From the NCBI GenBank assembly GCA_046563655.1, contig CM102287.1:5580001-5644000 (forward strand): DNA of 64,000 nt. Direction: 5' to 3'. Origin of the DNA: Yuukianura sp. NJ FZ-2021 (lineage: Eukaryota). The position numbers were made by a program, and so were the translations under genes. Shown piece by piece: positions 41,124 to 54,110 of this stretch. The first letter of the stretch is position 1. Every line of letters begins with the position of its first letter. The notes beneath the pieces are model-generated. The model ran no database searches. It was not told where the DNA came from and saw nothing but the letters and a program-made list of their open reading frames with translations.

Positions 41124-44100
41124 TTAGGCAGTGGGTCGTGTACGCTTCAAATCGAATGACCCCTTACGAATATCATCCAGTAACATATCAACAATGCTCT
41201 TTTCATTGTTTGTAGGTGATGGCGTCGATTTCAGTTTCTTGGATCCTGCAGTAGTTCCATTGGCAACATTATTCTTGTCATTTTCATCTTGTTTTGCCTT
41301 GAGTGCCGCTTGTCTTGCCTCTCGCTTCCGTCTATCTTCGTTTTCAATTCTAGTTGTCTTGAGTTTCTCACAGACTTGGGCCATTGACTTGAAGAATTCG
41401 TCGACACAGAACTTTTTGAGATCCTCTCCAAATTGTTGTGCTAATTTCTTTTCCAGATCCTTGGTTTTGGACAATTTGTCCTCAGTTTCTTTGATCCGAA
41501 CCTCAGCAGAGGAGATGAAAGAGCCGAACTGGTCCAGAATGTCCGGTGAAGTTTTGCCAGCAGTTTCAACTTGTTTTGACACTTTTGTGAGATTCTTGTG
41601 AAGTTGAGCTGCTTCAGATCCAAGTTGTTCAAGACTCAACCGAGCAGCAGCGGCGAGATGCTTGAAATCAGCGATAAAGCTCAGCCATTGTGGATTTTCC
41701 CGTTCGACGACATCGACTATGAAGTGCATTAAGGTCATCCTAGGCTTGTTTGATTTCGTGTCGTATAGTCGCTCCAGAATTTGAATTTTGAATCCAGATG
41801 CTTCTCCAGCATAACTTCCCTGTAAGTTTTTTGAATCAAATTGGATGTTTGTTTTGTAAATTGAATTGTAAATTGGTGTTTTTCTTTCTTACAGCGTTTA
41901 GAAAGTTGCCAGTGGACAAGACAAACGCGAGGAACGAATGGAAAGATGCGTTGGTCAGGAAATCTTCGGCTGCACTCAAAATCGTGTCCAAGTTTTTGTT
42001 GATTCCATCTATGGCTGGTCCGAAATCTTCCTTCAAGAACATCACTTCTGCTCGGAGTCGATATGCCGGAACAGCCAGAACAAGTTTGAAGAAGTGCTCG
42101 GCGCTGGCCAATTTGTCCAGGTCTCCATCGTAAGCATTCATCATACCAACCTGTAAATTTTTGAAAACGTTTTTCAGAAAGTCGGAAAAGACATCGTCAC
42201 CTCGGGATCCTTTGTTCAAGATTTTTCAAAAAAAATCAGCTCTTTACCTCGTCTTCAACCGGTAGAACATTGAGAATCCCCTTGAGTCGTTCAGCTCCAA
42301 TTTGCTCACTCTTGCCCTCCCGAATCAGCGCCACGATTTCAACGTCCGGCATACGAAATTGTTTCAGAAAAATGTCAATGTTCATACTTCGACGACCGTC
42401 AAGCAAAGACACTTTTGTTGGAGTCGCGGCTTTGGCTGCTGCGGGCTTGTCTGATTGTACTTCCCGGGTTTTTTCACAAAACAGCATTTCGGCTTCACTG
42501 ACATGTGACTTGACCATTTCCGCTGTATTTTGTCCATATTTTGTTAAAATGTCGGTCCATATTGTCGTGGATATTGCTTGGTTAGGGATCTTCGTCCAAG
42601 CTAGCTTCTTTGTTTTCGTAGATGGCCTCGGTAGAATGGATCCAATCACGCCCATGAACGAAACTGGTTGAGATGATGGTGGGGCGGCGTAGTTTTGGCC
42701 AACTCTTACCGGTGGTGGTACAAATTCGCCACCAAAAGGAGGAGGAGGTGGTGGTGGTCCCCCCATCATGGGAGGAGGAGGTGGTGGTCCCCCCATCATC
42801 GGAGGAGGGGGTGGTGGAGGTGGGCCACCCATCATTCCAGGCATCGGTGGCGGTGGTGGAGCTCCTCCGTTCATCATTCCAGGCATCGGGGGTGGAGGTG
42901 GTATTCCACCATTCATCATTCCAGGCATAGGCGGAGGTGGAGGTGGGGCTACACCGCTCGTCATTCCTGGCATTGGTGGTGGTGGTGGTGGAGCAGGACT
43001 GCTCATCATTCCTGGCATGGGAGGCGGAGGTGGTGGTGGGGCTCTGTTATTCATCATTCCAGGCATTGGTGGTGGTGGAGGTGGTGGGGCTCCGCCATTC
43101 ATCATTCCTGGAATAGGAGGCGGAGGTGGTGGGGCAAAACCGCTCGTCATTCCTGGCATGGGAGGCGGAGGTGGTGGAGCAAAGCTGTTCATCATTCCAG
43201 GCATTGGTGGTGGTGGTGGTGGGGCAGCTCCTCCTGAAGTTCTTGGCATTGGAACTGGAACTTCCGTGGCAGCATCCACCATCATCCCTGGCATCGGAGG
43301 TGGAAGTGGTGGCGCGGAAGGTGGCTTTGTTTTGGTTTCTGTACAATGTTGTCCATTCATCACCGGCTCCACGGATCCTTCTGTTTGAACAGCAACATCT
43401 TCCAAGGTAGGTTTTATGCTCTGTTTCTTTGCCAATGCTGACCAAGTTTTGATAATCTTTTGAGTCAAGGTCTGCGTCGCTGTGGTTGTCATTTGTTTGC
43501 CAGAATTTATAGCTCCGGAAGTGATGACTGATGCTTTGAGGAAGTTGTTTGGGTGGGTGGGGTCAGACAGTTGCGTAATAAGTGTCCACATCCGGTCGAC
43601 GTCATCTTGCTGCTTCGACTCCTCCCAGTAGTTCAAATTTTGAAGTAAAATTAAAAAATAGTAAGCTCTTGATCCGTCACTTTCAACAATTTTTTGATGT
43701 AAGAGGTCAAACAATTTGTGATAATCGGACGTGAGTTCGATTCCCAGCTCCTCCGCTGCAAGTTCATCTTTGTACTCACGATCTTCAAACACTTGACACT
43801 GAATGCTCAGTTCCTCATCTTCTGAATCTTGCAGCTTATTCAGAATCTTTTGCAAACCCAAACCTAATTCAAGTTAGAAAATATCAACTTTGACCCAAAT
43901 TTCAAAAAACATCGATCAACTTATTTTAAAATTAAGCATTTCCAACTAGATCTGAAGTAAAACTTACTTTTAAATTCGCGGCGCATGCGCACACGTTCCT
44001 TGAGGTCATCGCAACACCCCAGGATGATACAGTTGACCAGTGCGACGAGCGTAGCTTGGTATGAAGGGACATCAGTACTGGCCAATTCTTCTAGAATGAA

Positions 44101-44995
44101 GCTAAAACGATATCGTAGGTTCTTGGCAACTCTCAGTTTTTCCAATCCATCCAGAACAACAGCATGGCCTGCCTTGTTGTAAATGGAAATGGCACACAGA
44201 AGTTCAAAAACTTGTTTCTTCACGGAAGCATTCGAAGTTTGAACAACTGCACGCAAATGTTTAGTATTTTTAAAAAACTTTTTAGTCTTTTTACATGCTT
44301 TAGTGAACCACTTGGCGCTTACTTTTAATAAGCGTTGCTGCATCGTTGGCACTGTTAATCAAAAACTCCAGTCCAGCTCGACTGTTGATAACTTCCTTGA
44401 TGCAGGCCACTACTTGTAGCACATGCAGAGCTTCTGCCATACTATGGGAATGTCCACCGTGACTTAGACTGTTTAACGCTTCCAGTAAAATACCCAAACC
44501 ATGGAGTGATAGAAATTCTTCGATCCAGCCTTTTTCCGATTTCTCTGTCATTTACAAACAATTTTCAAGGTCAAATGGCTTTTGACAAGGTCAAATGGCT
44601 TTTGACAAGGTCAAATGTTTAGGTTTTAAGTAAATCAATAAACAGATTTGGCTTTAGTTTGATTTAAAAGTGTCAAGGACAACCATGATTGATTTTCTTT
44701 ACATTTTGCAGATACGAATTTGCTTACGAATCAAGTTGCGAAGTCCTCTGAAGTTTTTGACATTGGGATTCCTCAGAGTCATGATAACAAGTTCTGGATC
44801 TGCATTGCCTAAATTACTGAATGTGGCTGATTTCAATGGGATCTTGCCAGATCCCTTGCCACGACGTCCAGAAAGTCCAGCAGAGTGTACATTATTTCCA
44901 GCATTTGAATTTTCTCCATTTGCAGCAGAAGCAGCATTTTGAGCCATCGAGCGCCACTTTGCGCCCATTTTCATCCCGCCGCGTTTTGACGCCAT
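41124..44995 (-). CDS. INF2: Inverted formin 2-like formin (DID/FH3-FH1-FH2-DAD/WH2), 1112 aa
   Basis: Exons (minus strand): 44995-44728, 44544-44323, 44246-43968, 43863-42248, 42150-41893, 41819-41124. Domains: DID (ADPELVI...[18 protein letters not shown]...[12 protein letters not shown]), poly-Pro FH1, FH2 (KKLAWTKIP...[17 protein letters not shown]...[16 protein letters not shown]...[13 protein letters not shown]) and an INF2-type C-terminal DAD/WH2 ([19 protein letters not shown]). An in-frame TGA immediately precedes the ATG. Confidence 0.92.
42737..43320 (-). repeat. Coding tandem repeat of the formin FH1 domain
   Basis: About a dozen poly-Pro tracts with unit P(5-7)MPGMM(N/T/S)xxA, roughly 42-51 bp per unit. 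Confidence 0.85.
44566..44617. repeat. 20-bp tandem repeat (2.6 copies) in formin intron 1
   Basis: CAAGGTCAAATGGCTTTTGA x2 followed by CAAGGTCAAATG. Confidence 0.85.
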
Positions 44996-46884
44996 TCAAA
45001 AAAAAAGATTGAGTTTTGCCACTAAAATTTACAAAATCCACAATCAGTTTACCCGATCCATTTTGCGAAGAAAATTTCTGATATGAAACAGCACATGAAG
45101 ATGAACTGTCTGTCATAAGCGTGCATAGTCATAACTTGCGAGCAAATTTTTGCATTTTCAAGATCATCAAAGTGATTTTGAATAATTTGGAATGAATTGA
45201 ATTAATTTTACTTCGTAATTTTAATTTACCTGTATGTAATAATTTGCTTTCTTTCTTATATGTAAAAGAGTCCAGTTTGTCAGCAGCATCCAGCGTCTCT
45301 GTGCTTCTACTTGAGATGAGTCTATCTTGAATACTGATATTTTCCGTCGTTGATGACAGATTCAGTGGACTCGGACGACTTGAAGAAGACACGATAACCA
45401 AAGTAAACTTTTTATGATTGAAAATTGTAGGTCTTACTTGATAGTCAAACTGACTTTAAAGTGGTAATTAAATTCATATTGCAGGGTGAACACTCTGCAC
45501 TTCTCCTTTTGGAAATCCTTGAACAAGTCTATGGGGGTTGATTTCTTTTGGCATTGGGAAGTCAGAGGGGCTTCAATCAGAAGGAGTTGTGATTCACAAC
45601 ATACTTTAATATTCAACCTTAACAAACTTCAGTCGCACCGCGTTTTTGCTAAAAAGTGATGCTCCACTGAGAAACAAGAAACAATGGGCCGAAATTGGCA
45701 AAAACTTGCGTCTCTCACCACCACAAAACATACCTCGATCATCCACATCTGTAAGAATAACAACCTGCAACTGCCACTGACACAACTGAAGTGCTATACT
45801 AAAAAGCTTAGATGTGTGTTGGATGTTTTGGACTGACCTTGAACGATGAAGAACAGAACAGATCAAGCCAGACACAAGAGATGATGCTACAGATGAAGTT
45901 GGGAAGAAGTGACCTCGGGGGTAGTTGAGGTCCTACATTGCATTCCTCTGTCGGCTTCTCTTCCCACAAAATTTATGTCACAGGAACTTCATTCCGCTGT
46001 GCAGAAAGGCTACTGAATCATCTTCTGGTGACAGATGAATAACTCAACTGAAGAGAAGCCTAAAGTTAGGCTAAAAGTTTGCATATGAATGAAATGTGCT
46101 AAGTGGATGATGAGAGGTTCTAAACACTTTGGCAAATTTTCACACCCTTACTCAGCACAAAATATTGGTTCAGCTCAAAACTTTAAATTTAGTGTCTAAT
46201 TTGGTGTTTAGTCATTTGCACCAGTTCAGCTTAACTGTTGATTTTGTCATCTTAAAAGCTAAGACCAACAGCATCACCATAACCTTAAGACTAACGGCAT
46301 CATGGACTCGAATTAATTAGCCAATATGTCATGGGTTAGAATTAATAGACTAATTTTGAAATCTTGTTTTCAAAAGTTCAAAAATGGTAAAAATCGCTAA
46401 ACTAAAGTAAACAGAATTACTAAAAAGTTTTGCTGATTAGCAAAAGTTTGTGGTAAACAAAAACCACACTTTTGAGTTTTTTTGCAATTAGCAATTAGTC
46501 TTTTTGGTGAAAGTGTAGACAGATGAGTAAGATTTATGATTGTTCCTGGAACGAGGCTTTTTAGGTATGGATGTATGCGTGTATACCAAAAGAAAACAAG
46601 TTTTTATTATGAAAAACTTAACATTTTTTTTACATGCTGCAATGGAAAAATGACCTTTCAAATCTAGATGACATTTGACCCTGAGATTTCTTGAAAAGTT
46701 GCTTCATACTGTCATTACTTTGACTTTATAAGTTTTTTAAATTGACAAGTGGATTATGTCACTTTTCAAATGCATGCCTGAGCGTGGGTCGACTGTCCAG
46801 TCAAAGTCAGTCACTGATCTGACTTTGGAAAAGTTGACAGAGATTTTCAAAGTTTTAACATTTTTTGAAAGGATTAATTCTCCG

Positions 46885-46897
46885 TGACCTCTGACCT
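46885..46897 (-). promoter_or_regulatory. DR1 nuclear-receptor element
   Basis: TGACCT-C-TGACCT. Confidence 0.45.
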
Positions 46898-47830
46898 AGA
46901 AAAGTAAAAGTGATGGAGAGGAAAGAGGGAATGTTTCAAAGAATGAATTTGAAGTTTATGAAATTTTCCTTTATCAAAATACGAATTATTTTTTGGAAAA
47001 ACTTCAAAAGCCGTCAGAAGTGGATTGGCATAAGTTGGCCTTATAATTTTTTTTCTTTGAAATTTTGACTTTTTTTTAATTAGGCTATTTCTAATTTGTG
47101 TTATGTTTAGCACATGGAGCGGAATGAAGAGGCTGTGAAGCGAATTGGTTCCAGGAACTTTCCCAGGGGATGTTGAAGCTGATGTATCGTTTTGAAGGAG
47201 ACAAGCAGTCTGCGTGTTTGTTAGGTTGGTTAGGTTATGCATAGCCTATGTTGTGTTGGTGGAGCTACAAAACTGCCCTCCAGAACATTTCTCCGACATC
47301 TGGATTCTCATTATGAAGCGATAGTGAAGCTGGAACAAAGGCCTGGAGCTTTGGTATCTCCACATGGACCACATTTCAGGAGTCAAATGAGCCAAAACGC
47401 CAATCCACCCAGGTCCACTACAACTTTTCAATTCCTGTTTTCAAAAAAAGCCACAATTTAAGAAAAAATCGAAGATTCAGTGAAGCACGAAATCATTTTA
47501 CCGCAGGTTGGTTTCAGTTTTTATCAAAACCTGACTTCAGTGCCACTCAATTTCCAATTACAAAATGAGTATTAGATTGACTAATGATTCGAAAGTTGGT
47601 AATATTTTGCATTTCGACTTTAGTTTGTTACTGCAATGCACAATTTGAAATTATAATTAGTTCAATTATGTTTATTTTCCAAGTTTCAAAATTTTAAGTT
47701 TGTCAATTTCGAAATTCTGAACCTTGATCGCAGGAACATTCTCCGTTTACAACTTAATTTCAGTGTATTTTGGTAATCAAAAGGCGGGAAATTTGTAAAA
47801 ATGACGCTGAACTGTAGCCAATGGCTTTCC

Positions 47831-47843
47831 AGGTCAAAGGTCA
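47831..47843 (+). promoter_or_regulatory. DR1 nuclear-receptor element
   Basis: AGGTCA-A-AGGTCA. Confidence 0.45.
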
Positions 47844-50800
47844 TCGAAATTTCTATTGTTCTTTTTTTTGACAAGCACATTCACCGATGTGCTCTTCAAG
47901 TTCTTTCGTTTTTGAATGAAGCCTGTCACTCTGTTTACTTTGAAGTTCAGAAATGGGTTGGCATTTTCCGGATTTTGGTTTTCACCGAAATCGGATCTTT
48001 TGAGCCAGCGGCCGTTTCAAACGTAGCCGACCAGCGGAGGCCGACTGGCCGCCAGTATTCACTTCCTAGAAACAAACGGAAAGAGGGAGAGTAAAATAAT
48101 TAGAAAACTAATTTCTAAAACTAACATTTTCAAAGTCACTATTTCCAAAAGTCCGGCGTTTCAAAATGGTAAGCTGGGGAGGGGACTTTTGAAAAGTCCA
48201 TTTTCCTGGAGCATCTGGTTCCTTCCATACCTATTTTCCACAGTACTTAGGCTAATGAACGGCAGAACCTGTCACTTCCCCTGCCACTACTCTATTCTTC
48301 TTCTCCAGAATTGGCCCATTGAACCAAAAATAACGTTGGCCAAAGGAGGGAAAAGTAAATTGAACTCTCTTGGCTTAATTGAATTGCTTTTGCCCAATCC
48401 AGGTCAAGTTTCCTTCGGGAGAGAGGCCAATGACCTCCATTTTAAAGAGTGACCTCAGAGGGATCTCCGTTGATGGCTTCAGTCCAAAGTGCTTTTCCTT
48501 GTCCTCATCTTTAGGTTTTGTTAAGATTTGAAGATGAAAAGTCTCTGAGCGTATTGAATATCGACAGAGGAGCTCCGATTTCATTTTGACAGTCATTTGG
48601 GACGCAAAGATTCAGAGAGCTCCTGGTTTCTATTGAGCGGAGAGGGGGACTTCACCAACCGACAGATCAAATTTCAAGTACTCTCCTCGTTAAGAAAACT
48701 TGGGCGAAGGGACGGTTCTAAAAACCACACAATCAATTCATGCCCTTTTCTAAACAACTTTTTAAGACGAAAACTTTTAAAAAAAGTCTTCTTAGGAATT
48801 GGTGATAAAGACAGTTAAGAAGACGCCTTTCTTTTTCTATTTTTTTTAAAACAACAGTTTACCAACTGCTTTTACTGCTAAGAATGTAAATTCCAACGTT
48901 GAAAATGATTTTTTAATCCATTAAAAAAGTAAAAAGAACAAAATTATTTTACAATAAGTTTCGCCTAAAAATTTTTCTTTAGGTTCGGTTCCGTCTAAAA
49001 ACATTACTCTTGCTCTGTTCGCTTTTTAGTCAGTAAAACAGTTTCCTGCGCATGTTTTTGGTATGGGATAGCAAAATTTTGTTGCCAATTTTTTTGCAAC
49101 ATGATGTGATTCGTGTCCCTTTGTGCCTTTTTGCTCCTTATTTATTGAAAAACACTTTTGTTTGAAACATTTGAAAACAAAATCTTAAATAATTCATTTA
49201 GAAAACGGAATAAAATAAGATTTTTCGAAAATCTATTGAATCAAGGAAGAAACTTCAGCTAGAATTTTAGCGTCCAAAGTGTGCCTGTCGTGTTTAATGG
49301 AAAAAAAATCCAATGTTATTTGAATTGTATAGGTAAGTCAAAAACTTTGAAAAATTCGTTTCATAAAACTAAAAGTGAAATTCAAAGGCTGAAGACCTTA
49401 CGATTACGAAACAGCTTGTGTTTAAAATTATGAAAATATTATTTTTGAAAATGCTCAAACAGCAATTAGCCTTTGTTTATTTAATCTTCACCATATGAAA
49501 AGCGTGTAGAACCAAGTCAAAGTTTGATTTTCGTCTGCTGATTTGATGTTTGTGTGCTGGAACTGGAACTGGCTTTCATTGTACAGAACAATTGCGTCCT
49601 TTGATAGGAGTGACTGGAATGATTCCAATCTCCACTGTAGATCTGTAGTCAATTTCCATTTTGGAATGTAGCCCTTTAGTATAAGTACACACTGTCCGTG
49701 ACAGAGATCTTGAAGGGCTGAAAAAGTGGCGAAGGACTGGGAGAAGTGGCAATAAATCCTTAGAGGACACTTCTGTGTCTTCATTCATAAGACTAGACAG
49801 GAAGGAAATAAATCAGCCACTTCCAAATTCAGCCATTTCCACCATGCTATCCAATGGGAACAGGACTTTTGGCCAAAACCCATTGTAAGCACTCAGCGTA
49901 TCCAGAGATCAAAATCAGCGTCTTTCAAGTGTCAACAACTTGAACAATCCCCTGTACCAGAGGGAATGGTCCTCATTAGACAAGGGAGTTGTAACTTGAC
50001 CCCCAGTTGACATTTGGATTTGTTTATAATTTTTACTAATGCTCACATGCTGCACTTCGCTGTTTCTGTTTTAACGTTAGTCCATTACTCACTGGCCGCT
50101 CCCCTTCAGCCTTCCATGACATGGCACTTATGAACGGGTGAAGACTGTACCGGCATTGCATGGACGAAATACTATGGACGATCAGGCAAGACTTCCCAGA
50201 GTTCAATATACGTTTCATTACAATGTCTAGCAGGACAAATGTCCACAAAGGGAGCTGTCCATACGTGCTTGGTCCTGCCGATACATGAGTTTGCGCACAG
50301 AAATTTGCTCTAGGGTTACGGATATAGTACGAATGTCAAAGATGTCGATTTGTCAGTCTGTTAGTCTCTGGGTTGACCGTCTTCCGTCTATTTCGTCCGT
50401 TCTACATATTGGTCCGTACCTTTCCGTTCAAAAGAGTCGGGGAATTCTGTCCGTCGTCCGAAGACGCTGTTTTAAGCTAGGTTTTAAGATTATATAAATA
50501 TTTGGAAACCTGATTCAGTCCTTCTGTCATCAACTGAAACCTAAACAACTGAATTCGGCAGAAGTTGAATTAAGCCAGGGACAGTTTAGAGTAGTTAATG
50601 CGGCGACTCAGCAGTATAAAGTGGTTGGCTGCCAGCAGTTGACGTTTGGTGGGTGTTGAAATGTATGAAAATGTGGAGCATAAATAAGACAGAAGTGGTG
50701 GTGGTGGATGTAAATAAATAATTTATGAAAAGAGTGAGCCAGAAACCCGGGTTTTCCGTTGGGCTCTTGAATTGGATCATCCGGAATTGGATTTCTTGTT

Positions 50801-53759
50801 TGTTCCTCTCCCGAAAAGTAATTATCTCATTTCTATTCACGAAAAAGACAATAGACTTTAGTCTTCCACGAAATACTGGAACCCCTATAGTATCCAAAAA
50901 CCAAAATGAAAACAAGTTTCAAATTCAAATATAATCGAAAAATTAAAATTTCAACAAAATTTTTAATTTTGACGCGATGAGTTTCAAAATCGGGTTCGAA
51001 AATGCGATTTTCAAACTCATCACAACGCCATGCATAAAAAGTTGGTCTTTAAGGTTGCTATAATTCCCTCTAAAAATGTTTAGCTCTCTCAGGATGTCTC
51101 CTTCGAATTTCGTGTCAGAGAAAGCTGCTACAGATTTGCAATTTTTTGTTATGCTCAAAACCCTTTTTTGAAAATTTTAAAATGTTAGCATTCCCCTTTG
51201 TTCTAGAAATGTTTTGGAAGAGGAACCGGTTGGTCTTGGCCGTCTGTCAGTTGAGTTTCAGACGTCGGAGGGGAAGGACGCGTCTCTTTTCGACTCAACT
51301 TTCACTTGCGGCCTCTTTTGTTCCCACACTTGTGTTCAAACTGTTCTAAAAAGTTGTAAAGTAGTTCTAAATTCTAGGAACAATATACGCACTTGTATGC
51401 CAGACTGTTCTATTTGAACAAGAATTTGTGCAAAATGTGTACTGAAGAACTTGTGCGACTGTATTGATTTAGTCCTTGGAGTGTGACAGACAAAGTGTTA
51501 GAAAGTGACATGTGTATCGGAAGTCTCTGACATTTCTCAACTCCTAATGTTTGTTGTGTTTGTGTGTCCACGAGCACTTTCACTCGCTTTCACTGCCTTT
51601 GTGTTTTCACTTTTGTAGGAACAATTAATTGTAATTGGAAGGTGACACCTACACGTCATACCGTGGTAAGTAACATTCTTTGTACATTACCGCAGTTGTA
51701 CAGTTTTAAAATTGACTTCACAATACCAAACTGCAAGTTTTGACAATTTAGCATCCCCAACACTCAGAAAAAAACATAACGACTTCTCAATCCTACTTTT
51801 TTGTTCTAAAAATTTTGACGCTGAATTTGAACGTTTTGAATTTGAATCATCACAACATTGGCACTGCAAGCGACTGTATGATGTGTACGTACAATCTGTG
51901 GTTTTTAGAAAAATCTTTTTCAAATTCTGTGATTACTGTGGGAAAACTTTTTTTTTTATCAAGATTTCTGGAACAATGAACATTAATTGTGACAGGAAAA
52001 GTTGGTTGGTTGAGATTCTCCATTAGAGATCATGTTTAAGGGCTCCTTTCCTGTCCACTTTTTAATTTCCGGTCCTACCCGTTTCTTATCTAATTCCAAA
52101 AGAGTGGCTCTCATTGTTCAAAAGTTTTCAAATCTTCCAGAAGACGGTTCTCAGGAACCAGGCAACCGAAATAATGTAGTAGGACAAGCCATTGTTAGCA
52201 TCGAGGTCACCGAAGGGGTTACGTTAATTTGAACAGTCAATTGGTAGGGTCTGTAATGGGGCCCTTCCGCTCATTCTTACGTCTGGATTTGTAACCTGTT
52301 TCACTCAACCTTGCCCTTAACATGACACTTTCTCAGAGTAACTGGGGCCCTTGAGCTTGTTCTGGTTAGGTTTTGGAGGGTGCCTGCTACGAGGTAAGTC
52401 AAAGTCAAGTTATATTTCTGTCTGCCCTGGGAATTAAGTCCAGAAGGCAAGAAAAATGTCAAGTTCCAGTTTAGAACGTTAAGATTTGGACGTTCGTTGG
52501 ATCTAACATCACGTTCTTTGGATTTAGGTTTCATCTTCATCTTCCTTTCAGTAGCAAGATCAGGACAGGTTAGGGCCTAACCTAAACCGAGTCTCAGGAG
52601 ATGACTTCTCCCCGCCATTTTCTGCACGGCGGCTAGTGACAATCATTTCATGTGTGATTCCATTATGAACCCGGTTAGGTTTAGGTTTAGTTTAACCTGC
52701 GAATCCAGAAATAGTCTCAGATCTTCCGGTCATACTTTATTTAGCTCCTCAAAGGCGTCTTGCCCTCATTGACCTTGCCTTTTGTCTTGAAGTACCCCTT
52801 GGGGGGTCACTTAGGCCCTATAAAGTGGTCCACTAGCCTAACATAACCTAACCTTGAGGGTCAAAAAAAGCAATAACACAGCAGGATATGTTGGTACTTG
52901 GTGTAGTATCCAGTTTCAAGTTTTCAACAGTGCGGTTAGCTCCACCTTAGGTTTATGGCCCCTCTGAATCTCTCTCCGTAAGTGGTTAATTAGACAGTTG
53001 AGAAAGAATAAAGGCCCGGAATTAATTTGATCTTAAAAGAACTGATTCCATTTAGGGCTAAAAATTTCTCATGTTCAAAAGAGATTTCCTGTTGACTTTA
53101 AGTGTTTAAGGGCTCTTCAACCTAAGTTTAAGAAGTAGCTGGAGCTGTACACCGTGAGTTATGACCAAGGGCTCCACTGGGCCCTTCATTTTTTTCAGAC
53201 AAGACGTGTTTCTCTTGTTCTAAAAGATGGTTCCAAGGGTCCCCCTTCCAAGCCTTCAGGCACTACGTTGCTGCAGCCAGCAAGCATAGAACTGGAGTCA
53301 ATTAGTGATCAAGTGAAAAGCGTCCAAGTTTTGAAAGTACCCAGACATTACAGAAGAAATGTTCAACCAAGGGATAGAATTAGGAACCTTTTTTTAAAAA
53401 TCCAGAACACCATCATCTGCCAAGCTCTCGGCTCTCGCTTCATCTTCTTCTGTTGAAAAGACTAAGGTTAGACTAACTTCTCGACTGAAGCGGTGATGAC
53501 TTAGGTTTTAGGTTCGTACGTTTTGTCTCGGAACGTCGTCGTGAGACTCCTCTATAATTTAGAGTCATTTCAAAACCTTTTGGTTCCTTTTTCACGATCT
53601 CCAAAAAGTTCTAAACAGTTACATGAAAATGGGCTCTAAAACCTACCTCTAAAAACAGTCGTCTTCATAAATGGCTTCCTCTAATTTCTCCTGAAATTCA
53701 CAAAATTTCACTTTAGGTTTACGATTTTGAAACTTTTTTTTACGGTGAGTTTATGTTTT

Positions 53760-54110
53760 ACGATCGCCAACATCTCGAACAATTTTGATCGCGAATCTTG
53801 CATTTTCAAGATTTTCAACGCGAAAACGCGAATCTTGGAAATTGTGAGAGTCTCAACGCCACTCATAAAACTTTCCAAAATTTCAACGTCAATTTTCAGG
53901 AATGTTTAGCTTCCAGAAACATTCTATCCCGAATTTTAGAACGCGAATTTTGAAAATCGTAAGATTTTCAAATCTTAGAAATCGCCCGATTTTCATCTCC
54001 AATCTGGGAAGAAGATTCCCAACCGTGATTGCAGGAAATTTCGAGAATTTCAACGCGAATTCTGAAACTCGCGAGATTTTCATTGTGAATCTTGGGAATC
54101 GAGATAACGC
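53760..54110. repeat. Degenerate minisatellite or decayed mobile-element remnant
   Basis: Recurrent (AA)CGCGAAT(C/T)TTG, GATTTTCA and TTCAACG words in a CpG-rich patch. Confidence 0.45.

Noticed and set aside
42673..43410. Gly-rich and Trp/Arg/His-rich ORFs on the + strand
   Set aside because: Antisense shadows of the poly-Pro FH1 exon.
45129..45401. Ser-rich minus-strand ORF as an upstream formin coding exon
   Set aside because: An in-frame TGA directly precedes the formin ATG at 44995, and the ORF has no ATG start or domain support.
46802..46827. Hairpin CAAAGTCAG...CTGACTTTG as an ncRNA or Helitron end
   Set aside because: Only a 9-bp stem, with no CTRR terminus and no RNA-family hallmarks.
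50491..50520. TATATAAATA plus TCAGTC as the unc-5 core promoter
   Set aside because: TATA-to-Inr spacing of about 24-26 bp is shorter than canonical, and such words are common in AT-rich DNA.
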